Shown here piece by piece: positions 52,858-63,491 of a stretch of 64,000 bases of DNA. The stretch is from contig JAUSJX010000081.1 in assembly GCA_030647435.1 (NCBI GenBank), positions 2,913 to 66,912 of the forward strand. Reading direction: 5' to 3'. The position numbers were made by a program, and so were the translations under genes. The notes beneath the pieces were generated by a model, which saw only the letters and a program-made list of their open reading frames with translations, searched no databases and was not told the DNA's origin. The DNA is from Candidatus Rokuibacteriota bacterium. Lineage in GTDB: Bacteria; Methylomirabilota; Methylomirabilia; Rokubacteriales; CSP1-6. How positions within the stretch are numbered: position 1 is the first letter of the stretch; each line of letters starts with the position of its first letter.

Positions 52858-54936
52858 CTAATGGGCCTTCTCTTTCTCTGCCTTCGCGGCGGCGACGACT
52901 TTCTCCGCGAGGTGGGCCGGGACTTCTTCGTAGTGCGAGAAGTCCATGGAGTAGCCGCCGCGCCCGCCGGTCATGGAGCGGAGCGAGGACTCGTACGTCA
53001 GCATTTCGGCCATGGGCGCCTGTGCGCGGACGGACACGACTTCGCCGTCGGGCTCCATGCCCACGATGCGCCCGCGGCGGCCGTTCAGGTCACCGATGAC
53101 GTCGCCCGCGTGGTCGGACGGCGCCGTCACCTCGACGTGCATGATGGGCTCGAGGAGGATCGGGTGCGCCTCCATGAAGCCCTTCTGCAGGCCCATCGAG
53201 GCCGCGATCTGGAAGGCCATGTCCGAGGAATCCACGTCGTGGTAGGAGCCGTCGTAGAGCGAGACCTTGAGGTCCACGATGGGGTAGCCGGCGAAGATGC
53301 CGCGCTTCAGGCAGTCGCGGACGCCTTTCTCCACCGACGGGATGAAGTTACGCGGCACGGACCCGCCGAAGATATCGTCCACGAACTCGAAGCCGCCGCC
53401 GCGCTGGAGCGGCTCGACCTTGAGCCACACGTCGCCGTACTGCCCGCGGCCACCCGTCTGCTTCTTGTACTTGCCCTGGACTTCGGCGCGCCCCTTGACG
53501 GTCTCCTTGTAAGGGATGCGCGGCGGCAGGAGGCTCACGTCCACGTTGTACTTGCGCTTCATCCGCTCGACGACCGTCTCGACGTGCAGCTGCCCCATGC
53601 CGGAGACGAGCAGCTGCTTCGTCTCGGGGTCGAAGTGGTGGTGGAGCGTCGGGTCCTCCTCCGTCATCCGGTGGAGCGCCGTCGAGATCTTGTCCTCGTC
53701 GCCGCGCGTCTTGGGCTGGATCGCGAAGGAGATGGAGGGCTCCGGGAAGGCGATGCCCGGCAGGACGACCGGGTGCGCCTCGTCGCAGAGCGTGTCGCCC
53801 GTCAGCGTGTCTTTCAGCTTCGCGACGACGCCGATCTCCCCGGGCCCCAGCGCCTCGACGGGCTTCTGCGTCTTGCCCATGAGCCACCCGATATGCCCGA
53901 TGCGCTCCTTGGCCCCGCGCGTGGAGTTGAGCACCTGGCTGTCGGCCTTGAAGGTGCCGGAGTACACGCGGAAGAGCGAGAGCTTGCCCACGTGCGGGTC
54001 CGCGATGGTCTTGAAGACAACGGCCGCGAGCGGAGCCTTGGGATCGGGCGCCAGCGTGACGGCCTGCTTGGTGCGCGGGTCGATGCCCTCGACCGGGCCG
54101 GCCTCGGCGGGCGACGGGAACTCCTTGACGATCAGGTCCATCAGCGGCTGGACGCCGATGCCCTTGGCGGCGGAGGCGGCCATGACGGGCACGAGGCTCC
54201 CCTGCCCGATGGCCTTGCCGAGGGCCTTGACCATCTCCTCCTCGCCAATGCTGCCCTCTTCGAGATACTTGGCGAGAAGGTCGTCGTCGGTCTCGGCCAC
54301 GGCCTCCATGAGCTTCTCGCGCCACGCCTTAGCGTCGTCCATCGCCTCGCCGGGGATCTCGGCTTCCTTCGGCTTGCCGTCGGCCGTAAGGAGCGCCTTC
54401 ATCGCGACCAGGTCCACCACGCCCTTGAGGCCCGCCTCGGACCCGATCGGCAGCTGGAGCGGGCAGAGCCGGCCCTTCAAGCGCTTCTGGAGTGACTCGA
54501 GGGTGCGGAAGAAATCGGCGCGCTCGCGGTCGAGGCGGTTGATGACAACAGCGCGCGGCAGGGTGTACTCGTTGGCGTACTTCCAGACCTTCTCCGTCTG
54601 CACCTGCACGCCGGCGACCGCGTCCACCACGATGACCGCCGCGCCCGCCACGCGCAGCCCCCCGCGCGCGTCGGCGACGAAGTCGCCGTACCCGGGCGTG
54701 TCGATCAGGTTGAGGCGGTGGCCCTTCCAGTCGCAGTAGGCGACCGAGGTGCCCAGCGAGATCTTGCGCTTGATCTCGTCGGGGTCGAAGTCGGTGGTGG
54801 TGGTGCCGTCGTCCACCTTGCCGAGCCGGTTGATGGCCCCGGCCGCGAACAGGATGGCTTCCACCAGGGATGTCTTGCCGACCCCGCCGTGCCCCGCGAA
54901 GCCCACGTTGCGGATCTTGGAGATGTCCGTCGCCAT
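52858..54936 (-). CDS. Elongation factor G paralog (EF-G2-like translational GTPase)
   Basis: G1 AGHGGVGKTS, G3 DTPGYGDF and G4 NRLD motifs, then EF-G domains II-V. ATG at 54936 with a GGAGG Shine-Dalgarno. No adjacent ribosomal-protein genes. Confidence 0.85.
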   Translation of the reverse strand: MATDISKIRNVGFAGHGGVGKTSLVEAILFAAGAINRLGKVDDGTTTTDFDPDEIKRKISLGTSVAYCDWKGHRLNLIDTPGYGDFVADARGGLRVAGAAVIVVDAVAGVQVQTEKVWKYANEYTLPRAVVINRLDRERADFFRTLESLQKRLKGRLCPLQLPIGSEAGLKGVVDLVAMKALLTADGKPKEAEIPGEAMDDAKAWREKLMEAVAETDDDLLAKYLEEGSIGEEEMVKALGKAIGQGSLVPVMAASAAKGIGVQPLMDLIVKEFPSPAEAGPVEGIDPRTKQAVTLAPDPKAPLAAVVFKTIADPHVGKLSLFRVYSGTFKADSQVLNSTRGAKERIGHIGWLMGKTQKPVEALGPGEIGVVAKLKDTLTGDTLCDEAHPVVLPGIAFPEPSISFAIQPKTRGDEDKISTALHRMTEEDPTLHHHFDPETKQLLVSGMGQLHVETVVERMKRKYNVDVSLLPPRIPYKETVKGRAEVQGKYKKQTGGRGQYGDVWLKVEPLQRGGGFEFVDDIFGGSVPRNFIPSVEKGVRDCLKRGIFAGYPIVDLKVSLYDGSYHDVDSSDMAFQIAASMGLQKGFMEAHPILLEPIMHVEVTAPSDHAGDVIGDLNGRRGRIVGMEPDGEVVSVRAQAPMAEMLTYESSLRSMTGGRGGYSMDFSHYEEVPAHLAEKVVAAAKAEKEKAH

Positions 54937-55091
54937 GCCTACCTCCCCGTGCCCCTGCTGCGAAGGGAAAACTCGACTGCCGGAGAAAAGGGCGATGTGG
55001 GCGGAAATGCTACCACAGCGCCGCGGGACAGGCCAGCCGCAGGTCCGGGCCGCAGGTCCGGGCAGCCAGGAGTCCACCGCGACACCGGCAG

Positions 55092-57698
55092 CTATCTGAG
55101 CATGTCCGGGTCTTCGATCACCTGCCAGAGTGAGCACAAGCTCCATCCGCAGAAAATACCTGTGGGGAATGATACTCCCGGGGGCGGGTCGGCCAGCCGT
55201 TTCAGAGACGCAAGGTCCGGATCCTCGGGAGGGAATCCCGGTGTCCCTACCCGCGGAAGAACGACGGTCCCGTCCGCAGTCCAACCCTTCACGAAATAGG
55301 TGGGAGTGGCGGTACGGAGCAGATGGTCGGGTGCTACGGGGAGCAGTGACGCCGCCCAGACCGATAGGACATCCGCCTCTCCAGCGCCGATCTCCGTGGA
55401 GGTCCCGTCGACGAGTGAAGACAGGTACACCCGGTTGTTATCGCTGTTCACCCACAGGAGATGCCTGCCTCCGCGCTGAGGGTCAGGATAGTACGGCATT
55501 CCGAATGGCTCCCAGCCCATGAGCGTGGTCACCACACTACCATTCCCATCGACAACTCCCAGATACACGCGGTACGAATCGTTGTCGGCGTAAATGTTGT
55601 GAAAGCCCTCCACAACGATGCGGCTTTCGCCAGGATTGCTGGCGTCGAGGCGCAGCACCATCGACGCAAAGACCCCAGTGAAACCCAGCCCTCCGCTGGG
55701 CGCACCCAGGGCACTCGGGGGCAGATCGAAGACTATCGTGCGCGCCGTGTGGTTCACCACCAGGGCATGGCACTCTTCTCGTTCCATGTGGAACGGATCC
55801 GGGATGTCGAGACAGTAGTCCCCGGGAAGGATCACGTTGAGATTGTCATCAAGAAGGGCACGGTAGTTTAAAACTTGTGGCCTGGCGAAGGGCGGCAGCT
55901 GCGAGAGCATGAAGAACGGGTCGAAGAGATCGGGTCCACGCACGAGGGTCGCCACGGGTGGGTCGCGGAAGACTTGATCGGGCCGTGGCCGGTTCAGGGT
56001 GAACACGTAGAAATGCGACACACCCTCACCAGGAACACCCCCTTCCACCAGGAAGGTGTCGTTGCGGGTGCCCCACGAGCGCAGAATGACGAGGCTGCCA
56101 GACGGGAGTTGAGAGCGTACGTTGAGCTTTGTCACCAGCGTCCCATTGCGAAAGTACACGTCGCCGTCGGCCGCGTTGACGAAGAGTTGCTCGATGGTCC
56201 CCACGTACTTCGCGGCCTTGCCGATGACGGCACCCCCAAACCCAGGCGGGTTATCCTTCTTCTCCTCGCCCAAGCTCCCCTGATACACCACCATGTAGCG
56301 CTCCGGAATCGGCCGGTCAGTCGGAGGACGGAAGCTGAGAGTCTGGTCGGACAGAGCATCCCCGGACGCCACCGGCCCCGAAATCGTCCAGGACCCGAGC
56401 TCGCGGCGCCCCTCACTCGCGTAGTCGCCGAAGACCTTCAGCATGCCGTCCTTCAGCGGTTCTTGCGACTCGTTCTTGCCCGTCAACAGGAACGCTTGCG
56501 GATCCGCCGGGTCCGGCGCGATCCTCGCCCCGAGCTTCCCCCGGAAGAAGTAATCCAGCAGCGCAGCGGAGTAACTGACGGCCTTCGGTAGGAGCCGCGC
56601 GGCGTAATTCTCCAGAACCTTGTCATCTAGGGCCTTCTCTTGGTCTCGTAGTGCATCGGGGAGGCTCTCATACAGGGCGCTCGGAACCGCCAGCCGATAT
56701 CCAGTGTCTCCGTCCTGCGTCTTAAGGAAGTAGCGGCGACGCACACCGCCGGGCGCATCCTCTTCATTGCCGAGCTCGACGCTCGCAAAGGATGGATACC
56801 GAAAACTGGGATTACCCGGCGCGTGATCCTCGAAGACTGTATGGTCACTGAAGAAGTTGGCGTTCGTATACTCTGCCAGCCCGACGGTGAGACGCATCGT
56901 ATCTGTGGGATTGGTCCCATCGTACCGATCGGTGTCCATGAGCCGTGCTATTGGAACTTTCGCCACCTGATCATCTACGGGCACGTTGATCGAGAAGATG
57001 CTCGGATCGACCGGCTGAAGGGTCGCGCTCAGAATGGAATCGACCCTTGGCTTGTTCCTCAGTGCCCACGCCTCAAAGCGGTCCGATACGGGGCAATGGA
57101 TGTCGTTGCGTGTATGCGCCGGTACCACCAGGTCAGCCACGAGATGCATTTGCTGACCCAGGACCTGAAGGGTCCGGGTCCATCCGTCGTCGCGGTCGAC
57201 CATCGCCCCAAGTGTTAGGGCCTCGAAATACGCCTTCCGAGCGTCGGCCCAAGCTGCCTGTCCACTCTGCCCCTGGTCGGCGTTCTGAGCCCATCGCGGC
57301 GACGACTCTCCGGAGATGACGAAAGGCAGACAAATGCTCAGCGTCCTCAACCCGGAGTCCGCCCACGACGCCACGATTGGGTTGTGGAAATGGTTCTTCG
57401 ATCGGTATGCCGCGCCGAACCACTCGCTCTCGTCGTACAGGTCCTCGGCGCGCCCGCCAAACTGAATCCATCGGAAACCGGTCCGCTCGTCGTCCGGTTT
57501 CCGTCGAAATGTCTTACCAAGCCCATCCTTCAGGCCGAGCTCATCCTTCAGATATGCCCCAGTCCCCGATATGACGGCGGCGCGATCGTTGATCGAGACG
57601 TGGGTCTCCAGCTTGAAGGCCACCGCGCCGGGGATGTCCGCCGTCGTCAGGACTGCGAGGATCAATGTCCCAAAAAAGCGGGGCTTGTACGCGATCAT
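55092..57698 (-). CDS. Large secreted hypothetical protein (~868 aa)
   Basis: Signal peptide MIAYKPRFFGTLILAVLTTADIPGAVA. No family recognised. Lies in a lower-GC (~60%) segment. Confidence 0.45.
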   Translation of the reverse strand: MIAYKPRFFGTLILAVLTTADIPGAVAFKLETHVSINDRAAVISGTGAYLKDELGLKDGLGKTFRRKPDDERTGFRWIQFGGRAEDLYDESEWFGAAYRSKNHFHNPIVASWADSGLRTLSICLPFVISGESSPRWAQNADQGQSGQAAWADARKAYFEALTLGAMVDRDDGWTRTLQVLGQQMHLVADLVVPAHTRNDIHCPVSDRFEAWALRNKPRVDSILSATLQPVDPSIFSINVPVDDQVAKVPIARLMDTDRYDGTNPTDTMRLTVGLAEYTNANFFSDHTVFEDHAPGNPSFRYPSFASVELGNEEDAPGGVRRRYFLKTQDGDTGYRLAVPSALYESLPDALRDQEKALDDKVLENYAARLLPKAVSYSAALLDYFFRGKLGARIAPDPADPQAFLLTGKNESQEPLKDGMLKVFGDYASEGRRELGSWTISGPVASGDALSDQTLSFRPPTDRPIPERYMVVYQGSLGEEKKDNPPGFGGAVIGKAAKYVGTIEQLFVNAADGDVYFRNGTLVTKLNVRSQLPSGSLVILRSWGTRNDTFLVEGGVPGEGVSHFYVFTLNRPRPDQVFRDPPVATLVRGPDLFDPFFMLSQLPPFARPQVLNYRALLDDNLNVILPGDYCLDIPDPFHMEREECHALVVNHTARTIVFDLPPSALGAPSGGLGFTGVFASMVLRLDASNPGESRIVVEGFHNIYADNDSYRVYLGVVDGNGSVVTTLMGWEPFGMPYYPDPQRGGRHLLWVNSDNNRVYLSSLVDGTSTEIGAGEADVLSVWAASLLPVAPDHLLRTATPTYFVKGWTADGTVVLPRVGTPGFPPEDPDLASLKRLADPPPGVSFPTGIFCGWSLCSLWQVIEDPDMLR

Positions 57699-58291
57699 GG
57701 TTGGGACCCCGGTTTGCGAAAGGGTTGAAGGCCGAGTTGGCTGCGTTCCTCGTTGATGAGCCGCATCAGATTCGGCACTTGCTCCCATCGGACCATCTCC
57801 ATGCCGAGCGGCAGATCGGCGTCGTGAATGCGGGCCCCTCTGGTAGTCGGACGCCTCAATGGAATCGTCACATAGGTCTCGGGGCGGTCCCGATCACGCG
57901 GATCCCGGGGCGGACGATCCACAACTGGGACATCACGACCGTAGTAGGCTGCATATCCGGGCGTGTATGCCGGGTAATACACCTTGAGCTTGGGCTCAAG
58001 GATCCATCCAAAGGGTGTGAAGTGTGTACGGTGTGGAATCGCGAACTGCCCATTGCCATCGCTGAGGGTTTCGTAGACATCCCAATCGCCCTCGGCTACC
58101 TCCGGCCCAGTCGGCATTTCACGCGTCCAGATGGCGACCACGGCCGCACCAGCGACGGGCCGACCGGTTTCGGCATCGACGACTTGGCCGCTGTATGGAC
58201 CACTCGAATAGACCAAGTGTCCGCAGCCTGCGGCCAGGCTGAACGCCACCCCCAGCAGCAGACAGACACTCGCACTGCTCCTCCAGCCCAT
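57695..58291 (-). CDS. Lipoprotein with carboxypeptidase-regulatory-like (transthyretin-like) domain
   Basis: Lipobox LAAGC, then GQVVDAETGRPVAGAAVVAIW...SDGNGQFAIP. Confidence 0.45.
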   Translation of the reverse strand: MGWRSSASVCLLLGVAFSLAAGCGHLVYSSGPYSGQVVDAETGRPVAGAAVVAIWTREMPTGPEVAEGDWDVYETLSDGNGQFAIPHRTHFTPFGWILEPKLKVYYPAYTPGYAAYYGRDVPVVDRPPRDPRDRDRPETYVTIPLRRPTTRGARIHDADLPLGMEMVRWEQVPNLMRLINEERSQLGLQPFRKPGSQP

Positions 58292-58301
58292 GACGAGCCT
58301 C

Positions 58302-61142
58302 CTAAAAGAAATGCAGCCGCCAGACGCCGTCTGCGTCGCGCACGAAGAGCACCAGGTGGCCAATGGGCTGCCCGTTGTCGATCCGGGTCATGTTCAATTC
58401 GGCCCACTCACCGTCGAAGGACACGAGACTGATATCGGTCAGGACTGAGTCGATCTGGCTCAAGGGAATCGTGAGGTTGCTCAGCAGCGTTTGGTAGCTG
58501 TCACGTTTTCTCATTGCGATGGATTCGACGGCGGTCGTGAGCGCCCCGCGACGGAGCGCATCCTTGAACCCGATCCACCGCGCCTGCAGGAATGCCACGA
58601 GCGCCGCCCGATCCAACACCTGGATGATGGCCGCGGCGTTGGTCTGAGTGCGCTGGCTGTCGGTGACGGCCACGCTCGCCACGTAGAGTCCCGGCTGGGA
58701 GTAGGTGAAACTCTGCCCGTCGAGGCTCGCGCCCTGGAAATCCACGGAGCCGTTGCCGTCGATGTCGAGCGCGACCTGGGTCACGGGGCGAGGCGCCGAT
58801 ACCGAGAAGGTGACCTGGAGGGGCGCGATGCCGCTCTCGGGATTTGGGCGGAGGACGACGGCATCGGAAGGATTTCCGGTAACGCCGATGGGGATGGTGC
58901 TGCTCGTCGTGGCTCCGGTGACGGTGGTCGCCACGGCGATCAGCTGCGTGGTGCTTTGGTCCACAGACACCAACGCGGCGAACGCGCTCCCGTGCACCGC
59001 CGCGGGGCGCCCGTTGACGGCGACCCCGACATCTTTGCCGCCCGCATTCACACTCCCGCGCACCAGGAGCAGGCCGGCCTGAACGGTGGCGCCTGCCGGG
59101 GGTGAGGTCACCTGGATGCTCAGCGTGCTGACGGTGAAGCTCTGCTGGGCGGGAGTGGGATCCTCGTTGCCGGCCAGGTCCCGGGCCTTGACCTCGAAGG
59201 TGTGCCCGCCGGGAGTGAGACCGCTGAGCAGAATCTGTGTGCTGGGGTCGAAGGCCGAGTAGGGTCCGCCGTCGAGCCGCCAGGCGTATTGGAGGCGGGC
59301 GACGGACACGAGGTTGTCCGTGCCGGTGACGGTGAAGGTGGCGGACGTGTCGGTGATGGGGCCGCTGGGCCCTGCCGTGATTTGCGTGTCGGGCGGAGTG
59401 TTGTCCACGATCACCGCGCGCGTCGCTGCGGCAGTGTTGCCCGCCTGATCGGTCGCTGTCGCGGTCAGCGTCTGGGCGCCGTCGAGGATACCGCTTGTGT
59501 TCCAGCTCGCTGTTGCCGTCACCGACGGGGCCGGAGGCGCCGGGCTGAGGGTAACCGTGAGGGACTGGCCACCCGCGCTCACGACAAGGCTCGTCACAGC
59601 GCTGCCTCCACCCCCGCTCGCCTGGGCCTGCACGGTCACCGTCTGGCGCACGTAGGCGTTGCCGAGAGGTGTGACGAAGGTGATGACGGGCAGCTGGTTG
59701 TCGTGGGCGATGCTCGCCTGCGCCGGGGCGCTCGTGAGCCCGTTTCCGAGCCGCGCCGTGGCAAACACCTCGAGCGTGTTCTTGGCGTTCAACGCCAGCG
59801 GCGACGCCAGTGAGAAGGCGCCCCTGTTGTCCGAAAAACCCGTGATCGCGGTCGTCGCGTCGTTGACGAAGAGATCTACGCGGGCGAAGGGCACGGCGGT
59901 GCCGCTCACGGTCAGCGGAGAGTCTCTGGTGAAAGCCGGCAGCCCCGCGAGGCTGGGGGCCGGGGGCGCGCGGAACCGCAGCAAGCGCCCCGAGCGGCCG
60001 TCGGCGACATAGAGCGAGCCGTCGGGGCCGAGGGCCAGGCCCCGCGGGTCCACCAGGGACTCCGCGAATCGCGTGAGGTGCGCATCCCCGTGCACCTTGA
60101 CTATAGCGCGGGACCGGGGCGTGACGTAGAGCGACGCGAGCTGGTCCAGGACGAGACCGCGCGGATCCTGGAGACCGCCCGGGACGAAGTAGGTGGGCGG
60201 ATCCAGGCGGCCGTCCGGGAGCAGCGGATAGCGCGCGATGACGCCCTGTGCCTGCCGCAGCCCCTCGACCCAGCGGGCTGCGGCAAAGAGCGCGGTGCCG
60301 TTCAGCGCCAGGGCCTCGAGCTGGTGGAGGCCGGTGGCAACCACCTCGAGCTGGCCCGTCGAGGGGTCCCGGCGGATGATGACCTTCGCCTCGGCCGTGA
60401 TGTAGACGGTGCCATCGTGGCCTCTGGCAAGCCAGCGCGGCGTCCGCAATCCTCTGGCGAGAACCGACTGCGCTCCCCCGGGCGTCACGCGCAACACGCG
60501 TCCGGCGTCCTCCTCGGCGATCAGGAGATCCGCGCCGTCGAGCGCCAAGCCGGAGGGACGTCGCAGCCCGGCGGCAATGATGACCGCTGAACCCGCCGGA
60601 TCTACCCTGAAGATCTCGCCGTGTCTCACATCTGACACATAGGCGGTGCCGTCGGACGCCACGGCCACGCCCAGGAGCTCGCCTTGAGTCTGCAGCAGCG
60701 ACTCTACGACCGAGACGCCGCCCCGCACAGACGTCGTGAAGCGGATGTCCCTCCCAGACGGGTTCTTGAATTTCAGGACCAGGTTCTGCACGCGCCCGCC
60801 GGGGCCAAGGAACCCGTCCGGCAGCGGCACGCTCACGAACGGCAGGCCGTCGCCAGTCTGGCCGGAGGAATTGGCCAGGATCACGCCCGAGCTTACGCTC
60901 GTCAGCACGAGAGACAGCGGCTCGAGCAAGACATCCGACGAAATGTTAGTCAGCGTGCCCGAGGTGACGAAGACCTGCTCGGCGCGGTCGTGGCGGAAGC
61001 CGCCGAACTGAACCCGCACGCGGCTGTCGAGATTGACCTCCTGTGCGGAGAGCGAGGGCGGCCCGAGGATGGCAATGAGAACCACCCAGACACCCGCGAG
61101 CGCCCAACCGAGACCTGCGGAGCGATTCTCGGAACTGGCCAT
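58302..61142 (-). CDS. Large cell-surface protein with NHL/beta-propeller repeats, Ig-like/PKD-like domains and a C-terminal NTF2-like domain
   Basis: Signal peptide, then repeated GLALDGADLLIAEEDAGRVLRV-type propeller blades, Thr/Ser-rich Ig-like repeats and a C-terminal SnoaL-like segment. Confidence 0.5.
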   Translation of the reverse strand: MASSENRSAGLGWALAGVWVVLIAILGPPSLSAQEVNLDSRVRVQFGGFRHDRAEQVFVTSGTLTNISSDVLLEPLSLVLTSVSSGVILANSSGQTGDGLPFVSVPLPDGFLGPGGRVQNLVLKFKNPSGRDIRFTTSVRGGVSVVESLLQTQGELLGVAVASDGTAYVSDVRHGEIFRVDPAGSAVIIAAGLRRPSGLALDGADLLIAEEDAGRVLRVTPGGAQSVLARGLRTPRWLARGHDGTVYITAEAKVIIRRDPSTGQLEVVATGLHQLEALALNGTALFAAARWVEGLRQAQGVIARYPLLPDGRLDPPTYFVPGGLQDPRGLVLDQLASLYVTPRSRAIVKVHGDAHLTRFAESLVDPRGLALGPDGSLYVADGRSGRLLRFRAPPAPSLAGLPAFTRDSPLTVSGTAVPFARVDLFVNDATTAITGFSDNRGAFSLASPLALNAKNTLEVFATARLGNGLTSAPAQASIAHDNQLPVITFVTPLGNAYVRQTVTVQAQASGGGGSAVTSLVVSAGGQSLTVTLSPAPPAPSVTATASWNTSGILDGAQTLTATATDQAGNTAAATRAVIVDNTPPDTQITAGPSGPITDTSATFTVTGTDNLVSVARLQYAWRLDGGPYSAFDPSTQILLSGLTPGGHTFEVKARDLAGNEDPTPAQQSFTVSTLSIQVTSPPAGATVQAGLLLVRGSVNAGGKDVGVAVNGRPAAVHGSAFAALVSVDQSTTQLIAVATTVTGATTSSTIPIGVTGNPSDAVVLRPNPESGIAPLQVTFSVSAPRPVTQVALDIDGNGSVDFQGASLDGQSFTYSQPGLYVASVAVTDSQRTQTNAAAIIQVLDRAALVAFLQARWIGFKDALRRGALTTAVESIAMRKRDSYQTLLSNLTIPLSQIDSVLTDISLVSFDGEWAELNMTRIDNGQPIGHLVLFVRDADGVWRLHFF

Positions 61143-61342
61143 CTCCCCTCCCGCGGCGCGCGTATCGTTCGCACGCGCCGAACTGGAGGCTCACCGTAGG
61201 CCCGCTCCTGGCGTGTTTCAAGAGTGCTTGTTTCGATACAGGACCCTGTCACGAATGGAGGACACTCCCGCGCGCACGGGACATGAAAAGGGGGCGCCGG
61301 CGATGCCGGCGCCCCCGAGGTGAACCGCTGCGGGATCGGCTG

Positions 61343-62518
61343 CTACTGGTTCCGGCCGCGCATCGATGCCGGCTGGCCGGGCAGCTTGAGCGTCTTGCCG
61401 GTGTTGATGACGCGGATGCCCTTCTTCGTCTCCTCGACGCGGAGGATGGACACGTCGCTGTCCATGTAGTTGCCGACGAACAGGTACTTGCCGTCGGCGC
61501 TCCACACGGCCCCTTCGGGCAGGCCGCGCACCTCGACCTCGTCGAGCTTCGTCACCTTCTTGCCGTCGATCTTGAGGATGACCACGCTGCCGTTGCGGTT
61601 GTAGAGCCACGAGCTCCACGCCTGGTTGCTGCCGCGGAGCAGGATGGCCGCGGCCAGGTTGCCCTTGGGGCTGATGGCGAGACCCTCGGGCGCGTCGCCC
61701 ACCACCACGCGGTCGATCACGCGGGGCGGGGTCGCCTCGAGGTCGATCACGCTGACCGTGTCCACGTTGCCGTCGGAGCCGCCGGCGAAGCCGTTGTCGG
61801 CTGTCAGCGCGATGCTGCCGTCGGGCACCACGTCCACGTTGTAGGGCCAGAGGCCCACGGCCATGTTGTGCTTGCTGTCGGTTACCTTCTGGCCGTCTAC
61901 GTTCAGCACGGCGATCTTGTGGCCGGGGAACTTGGCGACCAGCGCCCGCTTGCCGTCGGGCGTGAAGACCACGTGCGCCACCTGCTCGCCCATGGGCACG
62001 GTGTCGATCAGCTTGACGTCCTTCCCGGAGATGGACAGCACACTGATCGAGTTGTCGGCGCGGTTGGCGACAAGCGCCAGGTTGCCGGCTTTATTAATGG
62101 ATAGCCCCGAGGGCTGCTTGCCGACCTCGACCGTCCCGATGTGAGCGGGAGGGTTCGTCGTCAGGTCAATGACGTAGAGCTTGTTGTCCGGCACCGGCTT
62201 CCAGTCGTCGCCGTCCTTCTGCCAGTCCATCGAGTTGGCCACGATCGCCAGCTTCTGGTCGGGCGTGATGGCCAGGTTGGTCGGCGGGCCGACCACGGTG
62301 TTCATCAGCGGCAGGCTGCCGACGATCTTCGGCGCCTCAGGGTTGCTGATGTCCACGATGGCCACGGCGTCTTTCCCGGGGGGCCGGCGGATCTGTTTGC
62401 CGGTCTTGTCGAAGACGATCTTGTCGTCGATGCCGATGATCATCAGCTGGGCGTGGGCGGCGAGCGGCGCGAGGACGAGCGACAGTGCCAGGGCCAGCGT
62501 CTTTGCTGTGCGCATGCG
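61343..62518 (-). CDS. Secreted YVTN-family 7-bladed beta-propeller protein (lactonase-like)
   Basis: Signal peptide MRTAKTLALALSLVLAPLAAHA and repeated ~40-aa YVTN/PQQ-like blades. Confidence 0.55.
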   Translation of the reverse strand, partial: RMRTAKTLALALSLVLAPLAAHAQLMIIGIDDKIVFDKTGKQIRRPPGKDAVAIVDISNPEAPKIVGSLPLMNTVVGPPTNLAITPDQKLAIVANSMDWQKDGDDWKPVPDNKLYVIDLTTNPPAHIGTVEVGKQPSGLSINKAGNLALVANRADNSISVLSISGKDVKLIDTVPMGEQVAHVVFTPDGKRALVAKFPGHKIAVLNVDGQKVTDSKHNMAVGLWPYNVDVVPDGSIALTADNGFAGGSDGNVDTVSVIDLEATPPRVIDRVVVGDAPEGLAISPKGNLAAAILLRGSNQAWSSWLYNRNGSVVILKIDGKKVTKLDEVEVRGLPEGAVWSADGKYLFVGNYMDSDVSILRVEETKKGIRVINTGKTLKLPGQPASMRGRNQ

Positions 62519-62547
62519 AAATCCCCCTCTCGTCTGGTGGGTTGGGG

Positions 62548-63489
62548 CTACGGCCGGGCGACTCTGTTGGCGAGCACGCCGATCTTCTCGACTTCCGCCT
62601 CCATGCGGTCCCCGGCCTTGAGGTAGTTGCCGGTAGCGGCGCCCACGCCGTTGGGCGTGCCGGTGGCGATCAGGTCGCCGGGCAGGAGCGTCATGGAGAG
62701 CGACAGCACCTCGATGCACTGGTCCAAGGGGAAGATCATCTTGCTGGTGTTGCTCGACTGCCGTACTTGTCCGTTAACGCGCATGGCGATGCTGAGCGCC
62801 TGCGGGTTCGGGATCTCGTCGGCCGTGACCAGCACTGGGCCCATGGGGCAGAAGGTGTCGAGCGACTTGCCCTTGAACCACTGCGTGTGGCGCTTCTGGA
62901 GGTCGCGGGCGGTCACGTCGTTGATGATCGTGTAGCCGAAGACGTGCTTGAGCGCGTCGGCGCGGCTGATGTCGCGACCGGCCGTGCCGATCACCGCCGT
63001 CAGCTCCACCTCGTAGTCGAGCTCGCTGGTGACCGCGTGGTGGACAACGTCGTCGCCGGGGCCGACGACGGCCGTGCCGGGCTTGGTGAAGTACACGGGG
63101 TGCTCGGGCACGGCGGCGCCGCGCTCGGCGGCGTGGTCGGCGTAGTTGCGGCCGAGGCAGAAGACGTTGCGCGCCGGGTGCGGGATGGGGGCCAGCAGAC
63201 GCACCCGCTTGAGCGGGTAAGCCAGCTTGCGCTTCGCCAGCTCTTCGATGGCCTGCTGGTCTACCAAGCGCTTGCCGTACTCCCAGGCCTCGTGCGCGAG
63301 GAGGAGCGCGGCTTCGCCACCCTGGATCAGCTCGAGCAGGCTCTTCGGGAAGCCGCTGCGGCCGCGCCTGACCGTCCCCCGCTGCGCGGCCAGATCCTTC
63401 GCCAGGCCGCCCAGGTCCAGCACGGCCTCGTGCCACACGGCGCCCGGCTTGGGCTCGCCGCGCCCGCGACGGAAGGTGACGAGGTGCAC
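62548..63489 (-). CDS. Fumarylacetoacetate hydrolase (FAH)-family hydrolase/isomerase
   Basis: FAH-fold motifs (NYADHAAE, FTKPGTAVVGPGDDV, ELDYEVELTAVIG, GDLIATGTPNGVG). GTG start at 63489. The upstream Arg-rich track extension is rejected. Confidence 0.75.
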   Translation of the reverse strand: MHLVTFRRGRGEPKPGAVWHEAVLDLGGLAKDLAAQRGTVRRGRSGFPKSLLELIQGGEAALLLAHEAWEYGKRLVDQQAIEELAKRKLAYPLKRVRLLAPIPHPARNVFCLGRNYADHAAERGAAVPEHPVYFTKPGTAVVGPGDDVVHHAVTSELDYEVELTAVIGTAGRDISRADALKHVFGYTIINDVTARDLQKRHTQWFKGKSLDTFCPMGPVLVTADEIPNPQALSIAMRVNGQVRQSSNTSKMIFPLDQCIEVLSLSMTLLPGDLIATGTPNGVGAATGNYLKAGDRMEAEVEKIGVLANRVARP

Positions 63490-63491
63490 GG

